Source: Chiloscyllium plagiosum | Taxonomy: Eukaryota | NCBI RefSeq assembly: GCF_004010195.1 | Contig: NC_057759.1 | Coordinates: forward strand, 5,304,341 to 5,368,340 | Direction: 5' to 3' | DNA: 64,000 bases | In this document: positions 1 through 13,200 of the stretch, one piece after another | How the letters are laid out: every line of letters starts with the position of its first letter | Numbering within the stretch: the first letter of the stretch is position 1 | Position numbers and translations under genes: made by a program | The notes under the pieces: generated by a model | Seen by the model: the letters and a program-made list of their open reading frames with translations, nothing else | The model's database searches: none | Told to the model about the DNA's origin: nothing

Positions 1-394
1 CCTTTTTGAACAAGGGAACCACATTTGCTAGCATCCAGTCTTCTGGCACTATTCCTGTAGACAACGAGGACATAAAAATCAAGTCCAATGGCTCTGACAT
101 CTCCTCCCTTGCTTCCCAGAGAATCCTAGGATAAATGCCATCAGACCCAGGGGACTTATCTATTTTCACCCTTTCCAGAATTTCCAACACCTCTTCCCTA
201 CATACCTCAAAGCTATTGGGGGTATATATCCACAGATATATACACTTATCCACAGATAAGTGAAGGCGGCATAAAAGGGGGGAGAGCAGTTAATAAAACA
301 CACAGCATCCTCAGCGTTATTAATAGGGGCATAGAGTCCGAGAACAAGAAGGTGATGCTGAAGTTGTAAAAGACACTGGTGGACCTCAGCTGGA

Positions 395-585
395 GTGTCA
401 GAGAGGGAGAGTGATAACTGGTAGATGGTGGTTCAACCTGAGGGTTGCCATGCCTCACATAAGGGAAGGAGTGGAGGAGGACAGTCCTTCACGGTAACCT
501 CAGTCAGTGAGAGATTCAAACCCACGCTGTCGATATTACTCCACATTCCAAACCAGCCATCCAGCCAACTGAGCTAACCTAACAC
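395..585 (-). mobile_element. tRNA-derived SINE remnant; related copy at about 5345-5700
   Basis: Minus strand begins GGTTAGCTCAGTTGG (A box) ... GGGTTTGAATC (B-box-like); TTAACCTGAGGGT core shared with 5455. Confidence 0.5.
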
Positions 586-779
586 CCAACACAAAACAGA
601 GAGCAGAAAAGTGACAGCGTAAGTATTGAATGGAGAGTATTAGATCATATTGGAGATACATCTTTGATCTGTTGGATATTTCTTTGTATGTGTGTAACAA
701 CTTACCTTCACAGGCAACAGCAGCTGAATTTAGAAATACATTTGAGAAAGTGAGTTGGCCTTCTATTACCCAGGCTGGT

Positions 780-1295
780 TTTATTTTGTTCTGGACACCT
801 TACTTAAGGAAGGCTGTTCAAATCCTGGAGACAATGTGAAGGAGATTTACGAAAATGATCACAACGATGAGGGTTTTTGGATTCCGGGAAAGGTTCAGGA
901 GATTGAGCTTATTCTCTTTCGAGCAGAGAAGATGAAATGTTGACCTTCTTGAGATGTTGAAAGTTTGAAGAATTCTGACGGGAAAGCAAGTTATTGTTTC
1001 CCACTCATTGGTCTGTTAGTAACTGGCTGGTCAGAATTTCAAGATTGTCAGTGAGAGAGTGAGAGGAGGAGAAACTTATTTGAGTTGTTGAGTTTGGAAT
1101 GTGCTGCTTAGGAGAGTGGTGGAGGCGGATTCCATAGGAGGTTCGAAAAGAGAACTGGATATAAATTTGAAAGGGATGATCATTGAGGGCTACGGAGATA
1201 AGGCTGGAAGGTGGGACTAGCTGGGTAGATCGTTCAGGAGCTGGTACAGACACAAATGGCCTCTGTCCGTACAGTAAAATTTTATGATTCTATGA
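780..1295 (+). mobile_element. Old CR1 LINE 3' fragment
   Basis: Degenerate CR1 ORF2 C-terminus (FWTPYLRK) ending in a TATGATTC-type tail. Confidence 0.65.
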
Positions 1296-1659
1296 ACGTA
1301 CAAGTTCTGAGCCACATTCTGGACAATTCCAGGAGGTCATTCCTTGGGACCTTGGCTCAGTGACCTCATTGCCAGGGATTTTTGTACGCAAACAGCAGCA
1401 AATTGTTGTCATGAGCGGGATTGGAACTTGGTTGGGTAATGATCTGGAAACATTTCATTTCAAGGGAGGTGATGGAAGATCAAGCTGAGGGCGCAAGTGA
1501 GGACAGACCTACAAGAAATTTTGAATACACAGATCTGGTCAAGTCGATTGAACGGTGAGTATGATTCTGTGAGGTGCTGATCCTACACCGTCACGTATTG
1601 GTCAGCGTTCATGCTGGTATTTATCTGATTGGGAAGATCCGCAAAAACAAATCTCTTCC

Positions 1660-2125
1660 TGGAAGTGTTAGAGGGAAGTTTGGGTTGTTTCCTTTACAAC
1701 AGAGAAGGTTGTTGGGGGAGGAGGACATGACAGAGGTGTGTAAGATTGGTAGTGTTGTTGAGCAGAATGCCTGAGGGGTTCAGGTCCATAATTCTTTGGA
1801 GTTTGTGTCACAGGTAAACAGGGTGTTTGAGAAGGTGTTTAGAACACTTGCCTTCATTGCTCAGCCCATTGAGTGTTGGAGTTCGGACACCCTTTTGTGG
1901 TTGTACAGGACACTGGTGAAGCCTGCTCTGGTTTATTGTGTCCCGTTCTGGTTGCCCTGTTAGAGGAAGACATTATTAAGGAGGAGAGGGTTCAGGAAAG
2001 GTATATCAGAATGTTGTTTGCAATGGGGAGTTTGAGTTATAAGGAGAGGCTGGATGGACTGGAACTATTTTCACTGGATCGTAGAAGTTTGAGAGGTTTA
2101 TGAAATCTTGATGGGCATAGGTGAG
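1660..2125 (+). mobile_element. CR1 LINE fragments
   Basis: LSYKERLDGLELFSLDRRSLRG motif. Confidence 0.7.
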
Positions 2126-2773
2126 GTGAATGGCAGGTGGAAGAGCGTTCCAAACCTCTCCCTGCCAGTGTGCATATTAGTACTTCGTAAAATCTCTCCT
2201 GAACAGTCTGGTCCTAATTGTCCGTCTATGCCCTCCCTATTTCTAGGATCCACAAACAGTGGAACCGTGTAAATTCTGGAGAGAACAGGCTTAATTTGTG
2301 TAATCTCTCCACATAATTTAACCCCATGAAGACCAGGTATCAATCTTTTAAACTCAGCTGTACTCCCTCCTAGGCCAATCTATCCTTCCTCAGGTGTGTT
2401 GCCCAGATCTGCTCCAAGTGGCGTCTAACCAAGGTTTTGTATAACTGCAGCATCCCTTCTGCATCCTTGTACTCCAGTCCTCTCGATATAAAGGCCAGCA
2501 TTCCATTAGCTTTCTTCAGGCAATGAATGTCAGAAATAAAAAGAAACACAGAAATTGTTGGAAAAATTCAGCAGGGACAGATTGTTTGCCACCTGGGGAC
2601 TGTTGAAGACAACTGTCCATCCAATGCGTGTCTATCTACACCACATGGACTACAGCAGTTTAAGAAAGCAGCTCGTCTCTACCTTCTCAAGGGAACAACT
2701 AGGGATGAGTTAGGCAATAAACGCTGGGTGCAGTGGGTGATGTCCATGTGCCATGAGTGAATAATAAAAAAAA

Positions 2774-3245
2774 NNNNNNNNNNNNNNNNNNNNNNNNNNN
2801 NNNNNNNNNNNNNNNNNNNNNNNNNNNNNNNNNNNNNNNNNNNNNNNNNNNNNNNNNNNNNNNNNNNNNNNNNNNNNNNNNNNNNNNNNNNNNNNNNNNN
2901 NNNNNNNNNNNNNNNNNNNNNNNNNNNNNNNNNNNNNNNNNNNNNNNNNNNNNNNNNNNNNNNNNNNNNNNNNNNNNNNNNNNNNNNNNNNNNNNNNNNN
3001 NNNNNNNNNNNNNNNNNNNNNNNNNNNNNNNNNNNNNNNNNNNNNNNNNNNNNNNNNNNNNNNNNNNNNNNNNNNNNNNNNNNNNNNNNNNNNNNNNNNN
3101 NNNNNNNNNNNNNNNNNNNNNNNNNNNNNNNNNNNNNNNNNNNNNNNNNNNNNNNNNNNNNNNNNNNNNNNNNNNNNNNNNNNNNNNNNNNNNNNNNNNN
3201 NNNNNNNNNNNNNNNNNNNNNNNNNNNNNNNNNNNNNNNNNNNNN
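2774..3245. other. Assembly gap
   Basis: N run. Confidence 1.
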
Positions 3246-4082
3246 AAGGACAGGTAGTGTTGAGGAAGCAGGGATGCTGCAGAGGGATTTGGACAGGCGA
3301 AGAGAATGGGCAATGAAATGGCTGATGGAATACAATGTGGGAAAGTGGGAAGTTATGTACTTTAGTAGGAAGAACAGAGACAGAGACAGTTTCCTAAATG
3401 GGGAAAGGTTTCGGAAATCTGAAGCACAAAGGGACTTGGGAGTTCGAGTTCAGGATTCTCTTCAGGTTAACAGGCAGGTTCAGTTGGCAGTTAGGAAGGC
3501 AAATGTAATGTTAGCATTCATTTCGAGAGGGTCAGAATACAAGAGCAGGGATGTACTGCTGAGGCTGTATAAGGCTCTGGTCAGACCACATTTGGAATAT
3601 TGTGAGCAGCTTTGGGCCCTTATTTAAGGAAGGATGTGCTGGAGTGAGTCCAGAGGGGGTTTGCAAGAAAGATTCCAGGGATGAAGAACTTGTCATATGA
3701 GGAGAGGTTGAAGACTCTGAGTCTGGACTCAGTGGAGTTTAGAAGGGTGCGGGAAGTCCCGGATAGAGTGGACATGGAGAAGATGTTTCCATGAGCAGGA
3801 GAGACTAGGACCTGAAGGCACAGCCTCAGAGTGAAGGGACCTCCCTTTAGAACTGAGATGAGGAGGAATTTCTTCAGTCAGACAGTGGGGAATCTGTGGA
3901 AAACATTACTGCAGACAGTTGTCATTATGTCTTTAAGACAGAGATAGATAAGTTCTTGATCAGTAGGAGGATCAACCGTTACAGAGAGAAGGCAGGAGAA
4001 TGAGATTAACAAACATATTAGCCATGATGCAATGTCGGAGCAGACTTGATGGGTTGAATAGCTGCTATATCTTATGGTCTTT
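3246..4082 (+). mobile_element. CR1/HER1-type LINE 3' part
   Basis: LQRDLD...WLMEYNVGK...LYKALVRPHLEYC; tail TATCTTATGGTCT. Confidence 0.9.
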
Positions 4083-4184
4083 GCACTAAGTGCCTAATAG
4101 ATTGTGATGCATCACATAGTTCAGTCCCTGAGATTCAGAGCTTTCTGAGCATATGCTATGAGTCACCCACACTAAAAAGTGTTC

Positions 4185-5215
4185 AGGCAGCTGGACGACC
4201 AACACAACATACGGGCGAGGAGCCCTCTGGAGCCTGCTTCCCCCATTCTATACAGGTGTGACTCACTTCATCCCAGTCTCGGCCCCAATTTTCTCCCCTC
4301 ACTCCCTTTAACCCCTCACTGATTAACAATCTGTCAGTCCCCTCCTTCAATTTATTTAGTGTCCCGACGTTGACGGGGGGGGGGGGGGGGGGGGGAGGAA
4401 GAGTCCCAGAGATTCCCACCCCCTCTCCCTTGGAGAGAAGCCATTTCTCAGCATCACTGTTTTCAATCTGTCCCACCCTCTTCTCCTGAAACAATGACCC
4501 TTTCACTCTAAATTGTCCCACATGAGGAAACACCCTCCCTCTGTCTCCTTTGTCAATCCCACCCCCTTTAGCGTCCTATATCCCGCAGTTGGATCTCCTC
4601 TCATTCCTCTAAACTCCAGAGAGTATTGGCCTTAACTACTCAATCTCTGTTTTGAAGACAAACCTCTCTGAATATGAAATGTACAAAATCACATTGCAGT
4701 TGGATCTTGGATGTAGAATACACATCACAAAGTGCGTTAGTCATAACTTCTGAGAGATCTACAGCCCAAAAAAAGGCCCATCGGCCCATCGAATCTGTGC
4801 CGTTCAGAAATAACCACCTCACTATTCTCTAATCCCATTCCCTCAGCACTTGGCCCTTTTAGCCCTGGCGTCACGAATGCACATCTAAATCCTCCTTCAA
4901 TGTGATGAGTGTTTCATCTTCTCCCACCCTTACAGGCAGTGAGCTCCAGATTCCCACCACCCTCTGGGTGAACAAGATTTTCCTCACATCCCCTCGAAAC
5001 CTCCTGGCCCTTAGCTTCAATCTATGCCCCTCCTCCACCTCTGTCAAGGGGTGAAAGTTCCTTCCTATCTTCACCCCTCATTGATTTATACATCTCTCTC
5101 TTTCAATCCACTCTGCTGTAAGGTCAACAACCCCAGTCTGTCCGATCTCCCTCAATCACTGAAACTCTCCAGCCCCCAAGGCAACCTGCTGGTAAATCTC
5201 CTTGTGCATCCTCTC
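4185..5215 (-). mobile_element. Two CR1 LINE 3' fragments
   Basis: GHRLKLRARRFRGDVRKILFTQRVVGIWSSLP motif; second fragment at 4190-4640. Confidence 0.75.
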
Positions 5216-5577
5216 ACAGTTCATTTAGATATGTCCCGTTGGTAAAATGTCTTTTATTTATAGCTCACTCCACTGGTGCATCAGGAAAGAAACACATTGG
5301 TTATTTTGTAGTGAAAAGGGAGGCCATTAAGTTTTAATCAGCAAAGTTATGTTTTTTGCAAGCAGTTAATGTAAAGTCACCATTGTCTCATTAGAGAGAG
5401 GGAGAGAGAGGTGTGGGAGAGAAAGAGAGAGAAAAAGCAACAACTGTTTATGGTTTAACCTGAGGGTCGCCACATCTAAGGCACAGGGAATGATCATTCA
5501 CAGCAATCTCAACCAGATCAGCAATTGAAATACAAGCTGTCAACGTGACTATACATTGTAAGCCAACTATAGAATCA

Positions 5578-5670
5578 GAGCTGAAAATGTGTTGCTGGAA
5601 AAGCGCAGCAGGTCAGGCAGCATCCAGGGAACAGGAGAATCGGCGTTTCGGGCACAAGCCCTTCCTCAGG
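5578..5670 (-). mobile_element. Short Penelope-derived element with hammerhead core
   Basis: Minus strand CTGAGGA-A-GGGCTTGTGCCC-GAAACGCC; 13-bp TSD AACTATAGAATCA at 5565-5577 and 5671-5683. Confidence 0.8.
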
Positions 5671-5724
5671 AACTATAGAATCAACTGAGCAAACCAACCC
5701 CTACATGACAATGGCAAAAACATT

Positions 5725-6190
5725 GGGTGGCTCAGTGGCTGAGTGGTTAGCATTGCTGTCTCACAGCGCCAGGGACCCAGGAACAATTCCAGTCTCGGGG
5801 TGACTGTCTGTGTGGAGTTTGCACATTGTCCCCTTCTCTCCACGGGTTTTCTCCGGGTGCTCCGGTTTCCTCCCAAAGTCCAAAGATGTGCAGTTTAGAT
5901 TGGCCATGCTAAGTTGCCCATAGTGTGAAGGACATGTGGGTGAGGAGGATTAGCCAATGCAAATGCAGTTTTTCAGGGATAGGGTAGGGCAGTGTGTCTG
6001 GGTGGGATGCTAATCAGAGGGTCAGCGTGGACTCGATGGCCTGAAAGGCGACTTCTATAATATGCAGGTTAGGGGGATTGGACATGGTTAATGCAGGGTT
6101 ATGGGGATAGGGTCAGGGTTTGTTTGGAATGCTCTTCACTGGCTTGGGGTGGACTGGATGGGCTGAATCCACACTGTATGGATTCTGGCG
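5725..6190 (+). mobile_element. HE1-like V-SINE (diverged) with extra tail fragment
   Basis: V-domain GTGTGGAGTTTGCACATT...GGGTGCTCCGGTTTCCTCCC. Confidence 0.85.
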
Positions 6191-7164
6191 ACATCAATGT
6201 TTAGCACAAAGATGTGGTGAAATTTATTCTGAAATTAATTTTGATGAGTATTCATTTTCAGTTTCTGAAATAACGTGGAAGTAAAATCCTATGTTTTCAG
6301 CTCTCCAGGGTATGATCTGCTGATGTGAGTGTGAATCTTGCTGTGGCAGGTGGATTTGGAATGCGATCTTAAACAAAAACAGATCTGGAGTTAAGACTCT
6401 AATGATGACTGTTGTCAGGAACAAACAACCATACGGTTCAAAATTGAAGACTGAGTTGACGAGAAGTTTCTTCTCTCAGAGGATTGTGAGTGCTTGGCGC
6501 TCCTTGCCACAGAGAGCTGTGTGTGGGGACAGGGAACAGGTTTAAAGCTGAGATGGATAGAAACTTGATCAATTGGGGAATTGAGTGTTACATGTTAAGT
6601 GCAGGAAAGTGACCGTGAGGAATAGTGCATCAGCCATGATGCTTTTTTCTGGCTGAGCAGGCAATAGACAATAGGTGCAGGAGTAGGCCATTCAGCCCTT
6701 CGAGCCTGCACTGCCATTCAATATGATCATTGCTGATCATTCCTAATCAGTATCCTGTTCCTGCCTTATCTCCATAACCCTTGATTCCACTATCTCGAGG
6801 CTCGAGAGGCCAAATAGCTTTCTCCTGTTCCTGTCTGTGATGGTCCTTCAGGGAATGAAATCTGTCCTCCTCACCCAGTCTGCTCTGCACATGACTCCTA
6901 ATCCTTTCCAAACTCCTCACCTCCTTTTGGCTGAGCAAGTCGATTGGTTCAAGGACATTTCGGAATTGTATCCGCTTCCCACTTTGGCAGAGATGGCCAC
7001 ATCCTGTTCAGAGTACAGAGAAATAACATTTGTCAGAGTCAGTTTTAGGCTTATTCCAATCACATGCTTTGCCAAGAGAAATTGGTCTGGATAATGACCC
7101 CAGATATTCACAGCTCCTCCAGTACATTCTGATTGTCTTTCAGGCAAAGATTATTCTCATGCAT

Positions 7165-8290
7165 TTTCATAGTCATACAGCACGGAAACTGGCCCTTCAG
7201 CTCAACTTGCCCAAGCTGACCAGGTTTCCCAAACTCAACTGGGCCCCTTTGTCTGTATTTGGCGCATATTTCTCAGAACCTTTCTTATCCATGTACCTTT
7301 CCAAATGTCTTTGAAATGTTGTAATTGTACCTGCCTCCACCACTTCTTTTGGCAGCTCATTCTGTATACGCACTGCTCTCTGTGATAAATTTGCCTTTCA
7401 GATCCCTTTTGAATCTGTCCCCTCTCACATTGAACCTATGCCCACTTGTTTTGGACACCCCTACCCTGGAGAAAAGATCATAACTATTTACCTTATCTAT
7501 GCCCCTCATGATTTTATAACCTCTATAAGGTCACCCCCTCAGCCTCCAATGCTCCAGGGGAGAAAAGCTTCCCGCTTATGCAGCTTCTTGTTATAATTCA
7601 AACTCTGTATTTGTGGTCACATCTTTATAAATATTTTCTATACCGTTTCTAGCTTCAGAACATCCTTTATACGGCAGGTTGACCAGAAGTGTACACAGTA
7701 TTCTATAAGTGGCCTCACTAAATCCAGTACGGCACGGTGTCGCAATGGTTAGCACTGCTGCCTCACAGCGCCAGAGACCTGGGTTCAATTCCCGCCTCAG
7801 ATGACTTACTGTGTGGAGTTTGCACATTCTCCCCGTGTCTGCGTGGGTTTCCTCCAGGTGCTCCGGTTTCCCCTCTCAGTCCAAAAATGTGCAGGTTAGG
7901 TGAATTGGCTATGCTAAATTGCTGTAATGTTAGGTGAATGGGTTAATGTAGGGGTGGGGTGCGCTTCGGCAGGCCTGTGTGGACTTGTTGGGCCGAAGGG
8001 CCTGTTTCCACACTAAGTCATCTATAGCTGTAACATGATGCCCCAACTCCTGCTCTGACTATTGAAGGCAAGCATGCCAAACGTTGCCTTCACCACCGTG
8101 TCTCGCTGCAATGCCACATTCAAGGAACTATCCACCTGCACCCCGAGTTCTGTTTGTTCGCTTCCCAGACTTTGCCTTACCAAAATGTAATACCTTGCCT
8201 TTATTCTAATTAAACTTCATCTGCCATTCCCTGACCTACTGGCCCAGTTGATCAAATTTCCATTGTACTCTTAGATAACCTTCTCTGTCC
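7165..8290 (-). mobile_element. CR1 LINE 3' portion interrupted by a SINE
   Basis: CATAGT tail at the left end; homology to 12290-13200. Confidence 0.8.
7728..8022 (+). mobile_element. HE1 V-SINE
   Basis: tRNA head (B box GGGTTCAATTCCC), V-domain and CR1-derived tail GGGCCTGTTTCCACACT. Confidence 0.92.
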
Positions 8291-8944
8291 ACAATTACAC
8301 CAATGTTGGTCCTGCTTCTATCTACTACGTTTCTCTGTTGACCTGTTTTCAGGCTGACCAAGCAGTGCAGTAACCACCCTACATCACATACACCACCCTG
8401 AGGCACACAGATACAGGAGGGAACGAGGAACCAGGTCAAGAAGAAGAGGGAAACATTAATGCCAACCTTCCACGTTCATAAATCGATCAGTAGCAATCCT
8501 ACCTTCCAGCAAATAAGGAGGACAAGGAAGAGAAGGCAGAGCAATGTCACATTTCTGTGACTTGGCTAGGCTTTGTCTCAATTCACTCAGTAAGATGTTA
8601 GTTCCAAAGATCGACTTGGTTTGAGAAACCATCTGCATAATTGTCTCTCCCACACCCCTCAGGGTGTCAGTTTATCTCACTGTAGCACAATCTAACTGTT
8701 GATTTGAGATTTTATGCTGTTCCTTCCGAACTTGAGCATCCAGTAGGTCTCCTGGTGAATGGGTCCATGCAGATGTGCCAATGAATTGAATGTACTCTCC
8801 ATGTTTTGTTTAAATTGTAGTGAGCTGGAAATAATTCAAGGTGGGATTGTTTTCCAGCCCTATCTTCATTGCCCTCTTCATCACTGTCAATATATATCAG
8901 CTCTCTTTTCATACCTCATATGGAATCTGCCATCTGGCTCTAGG

Positions 8945-9635
8945 CTGGATCTATGATCCCAGGCTGCACAATCCAAAATCCTAATAATTCTGAGTAAAGA
9001 CATTTCTCCTCATCTCACTCCTCGCTCTCTTGCTGACAATTTTGAAATTGTGACCCCTAGTTACTGGCATACCAACTAGTGGTAACAAAATACTCCTCTT
9101 TCCCCTGAAACTTTTTCATAATTTCGATCACTTCCATAAGGTTCCCCTCTTAATCTTCTCTACTTCAAGGAAAAGGAGCCTGATGCCACTAATCCTTCCT
9201 TGTATGTAAAATTCTTCATTGCTGTTATCATTCTAGTAAATCTTCAATGAATGCTCTCCAGAGCTTGAAGTTCCTCCCTTAAATAAAGTGCCCAGAACTG
9301 AACACAGCTGTAATCTGACCAATGATTTCTTCACAAAGGTTTCAGCTTGCCTGGTCAACTTCAGAGAATGATAAACGTGAACCCCCCCAGGTCCTCTACT
9401 CCAGTGCTCCCTTCAAAGACACACCATTGACCCTGCATTGTTGCTCTGTGTTTCTGGTAGCAAAATGCACTACCTCACATTTCTCTGCTTGGAATTCATC
9501 TGCCAGACATCTGCTCATTTGGCCAACTTGTCAATCTCACTGTGAAGTCACTCAGCATCATCCTCCCAATCACTCATCTCCGTGGGTTAGTATCAACTGC
9601 AAATTTAGAAATTATATCCTCAACACCCAACTCCT
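8945..9635 (-). mobile_element. Old CR1 LINE fragment
   Basis: Degenerate antisense CR1 motifs (CCCAGAACTGAACACA, GCAAAATGCACTACCTCACA). Confidence 0.6.
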
Positions 9636-9649
9636 AATCATTTATATAA

Positions 9650-10265
9650 CCAATGTAGTTATCAATTTGTACTTGTCAGTTTCTTCTATGTGCATGTAAC
9701 TATCCATCTCTACATGTCCGTTTTCCCGATGTGAATGTGTGTGTGTTTACCAGTCTGTTCATGCTCTGTGAATTGAGACAGTCAACATTAATCTGTACTT
9801 GTCAATTTCTCCGATATCAATATGTGAATGCAGTTACCAATCTATGCCCCTCAATCTCTTGTCAATGTGAATTTAAATATTGATTTCTACCTGTCAGACC
9901 CCATTTGATGAATGTGAACACTGCAGGTACTAATGTACCTGCGAGACTCTGCTCTGTGAATATGAGTGTCGTCGTCATCAGAGTGTAGTTGTCAGATTAT
10001 GCTGTGTGAAACTGGGAGTGTAGTTATAATTCTGTTCCTGTCACTTTTAGCTTTGTGAATGTAGTTATTAATCTGTCCCTGACAGATACTGAAATGCGAA
10101 TGTGTGACTTGTTAACAGAAACTGACCGATGGACACTGATAGTCACACATTTGCACCACAGTAACTGTCGTCATTATTTGTTTGTCTGTTTCAGCAACAT
10201 GAATGAGTGTGTAGTTATCAGCCTGCACTTGTCAGGTTCTACTGTTGTGTATCAAAGTGGAAGCT
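9650..10265 (+). repeat. Decayed 45-50 bp minisatellite
   Basis: Recurrent TGTAGTTATCAATCTGTACCTGTCAGTTTCTGCTCTGTGAAT-like unit. Confidence 0.75.
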
Positions 10266-13200
10266 CGTAATATTCTCTGTGTCTATGTGATACAATCTAT
10301 GATATTTGTTATGAGGGTGTTGAGACTGGATCTTAATCTTTTCTGCATTTTGTGACTTTTTTTAGTTGACTGTCAGTTGGTTGTGGTGGGTGGGGGAGAG
10401 AGGAGAAAGGGCGATGGCAGAAGGGAAACTGCTTTATTCTGAGAACCATTCTGACTTATGGTCACACATTTCCTGTTTGGGTAGAGAGTCTGGGATCTGT
10501 GGTATCACTGAAACATTTAGTTTTAATTTGTACCCAGACATTGTTGGTATTTTTTTGTAAAAGAGTTTTATTCTGCATGTCAGTTCATTTCTGTATGATG
10601 TTTTTTAGACCAATATGCAACACAACAGCATGTCATCTCCTTTCTCATCAAAATCAGAATCGCTGGTATGGTACAGCTCGGAAGCAGACCATTCAGCCCA
10701 TTGTATCTGTACTAGGACATTCTCTTATGAATTAGATCTGCAGTAAACATTGGGGAATGTGAACTTCATCGACTCATTGTCAGCGTCTATATGAAAAGGA
10801 CAACTTGATATCAGTTCTGCTGTCATCTGACTTTTAATAACTATAATGCTAGTTTTGATGATTCCCACAGTCTCAGGTAGAGTATATTTATTTCATTCAT
10901 TTATCTCAGTTCATGTCGCCTGTAGTGGATGGGAAACAGCCAAAGTTATTTAATTGTTAGTGCCTGACGCAATCACGTGCAAGTGAAAACGTAACACACT
11001 GCAACAGAAAGGATTCTGGCTGCTCTTCAGAGTCAAGGTAGGAAACACAATGAACTTTTTGTATCTTGTATAGTGCAGAATGTAACAGGCAGTAATGAGA
11101 TATAAAATGTTCATATTCAGAATGCCATTAGTTTTTGTTTCAGTGCATATTGATGTACTTTTCTGAACACTGCTGATCTAACAATCAGTGTAAACTAATC
11201 CATTTGCAACTAAGTGAAAGGGTGACAAACCATTCAACTGCATTGGAGCTGACTGACCATAATGTTCCTGGTACAAAAAAGACAATTGGCTAATTCACTT
11301 CTATTTTCTGATGTAGACAGAGCATTACCCTGCTCTGTAGTGTGATGATGCACCATTAATAGTACTCTTGTGTTACTCTATACTAGGGAGGAGGAAAAGA
11401 AAAGGACTCTTGTCATGCAGTGCAGAGTATGTAAACTGTCAAATTCGATTTATGGAATAATCAACACTGTTCAACTCTGCTTGAAAATAAAACAAGCAGT
11501 TCTACAAACCGACCAATTTTGGCTTTTTTTTCCCCTTTCTCCACTGCTTTGAAGGGTGGTTATTAGATTCCATTGATGCATTGTGAAAATTGCAGCCAGA
11601 TTTCACGCTTTTTTGTGATACATCCGAGGGAGGGGGAGGAGGAATCCAGAGCTCGTTGTCGATAATTGCAACTAACTTTGAAAGAAGTACATAATTATCT
11701 TAAAAAAGGTTTCTGGTTGGACTGAAACAAACAAAACAAAGTCTTCTATTACAATATGAAGAAATGGAGAATGTGGTTGTGATAAAGATGGGGATGGCAG
11801 CTTCTCTGCTACCATGATACATTTATGCAAATGGATGCTGGCTGATCAGGATGAAAATTGTGAGCTGGTTGTTTCTGATCGGTGCAGACTCTAAAGTTTC
11901 AAAGGGCCTGATTCTGTGCTGTCAGCCTCTCACTCTCTGACAAAGGAGCTGTGGGTAGAAATCATTTTGAATGGAACATTTCTGTTACTTGCAATGGTAT
12001 TGGAACTGCAAGGTGCTTAGACTTTGTAATATGTGTCAGGATGGTGAAAGTCAGAAAGAGAGAGAGAGAGACAGACAGAGAGTCTGTGTATTGGGGAGGG
12101 GTGGGGGGCAATGTTTGGTTACGTACCTACACAGTAATCATTCTATGTCAGGCTTTGACAGAGAATGTGCATTTGGAATTCATATTATTTGATTGCTGTG
12201 TTCATATACATGACAAAAGATTAATTCTGTCACTCTCAATTCCTGAGAGCTGTAATGTTCCCTTCAATATAAATTTGAACTCCATATCGAGAGTTATAGA
12301 GATGTACAGCATGGAAACAGACCCTTCGGTCCAACCCATCCATGCCGATCAGATATCCCAACCCAGTCTAGTCCCACCTACCAGCACCCGGCCCATATCC
12401 CTCCATATACCCATCCAAATGCCTCTTAAATATTGCAATTGTACTAGCCTCCAGCACTTCCTCTGGCTGCTCATTCCATACCCGTATCATGCTCGGTGTG
12501 AAAAAGTTGCCCCTGAGGTCTCTTTTATATCTTTCCCCTCTCACCCTAAACCTATGACCTCCAGTTCTGGATTCCCCGACCTCAGAGAGAAGACTTTGCC
12601 TATTTACCCTATCCATGCCCATCAGAATTTTGTAAACCTCTGTAAGGTCACCCCTCAGCCTCCGATGCTCCAGGGAAAACAGCCCCAGCCTGTTCAGCCT
12701 CTCCCTATAGCTCAAATCCTCCAACTCTGGCAACATCCTTGTAGATCTATTCTGAACCCTTTCAAGTTTCACAACATCGTTCTGATAGGAAGGAGACCAG
12801 AATTGCATGCACTATTCCAACAATGGCCTAACCAATGTCCTGTACAGCAGCAAAATGACGCCCCAACTCCTGTACTCAATACTCTGACCAATAAAAGAAA
12901 GCATACCAAATGCTGCCTTCAATATTCTATCTACCTGCGACTCCACTTTCAAGGAGTTATGAACCTCCACTCCAGAGTCTCTTTGTTCAGCAACACTCCC
13001 TAGGACCTTACCATTAAGTGTATAAGTCCTGCTAAGGGTTGCTTTCCTAAAATGCAGTACCTCGCACTTATCTGAATTAAACTCCATCTGCCACTTCTCA
13101 GCCCATTGGCCTATCTGGTCAAGATCCTATTGTAATCTGACAGTGAAGATCCACTTCACTGTCCACTACATCTCAAATTTTGGTGTCAGCTGGAAACGTA

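Noticed and set aside
2679-3335. Long ORFs containing X runs (also at 25 kb and 53.7 kb)
   Set aside because: Artefacts of N gaps.
4375-4395. Poly-G run
   Set aside because: Homopolymer expansion inside a CR1 fragment.
10960-11045. TGACGCAA plus CACGTG motifs and a possible donor in unique sequence
   Set aside because: Short motifs with no supporting exon or conservation in this window.
11951-13003. 350-aa plus-strand ORF
   Set aside because: Mostly antisense to a CR1 3' end; non-ATG start; no recognisable domain.
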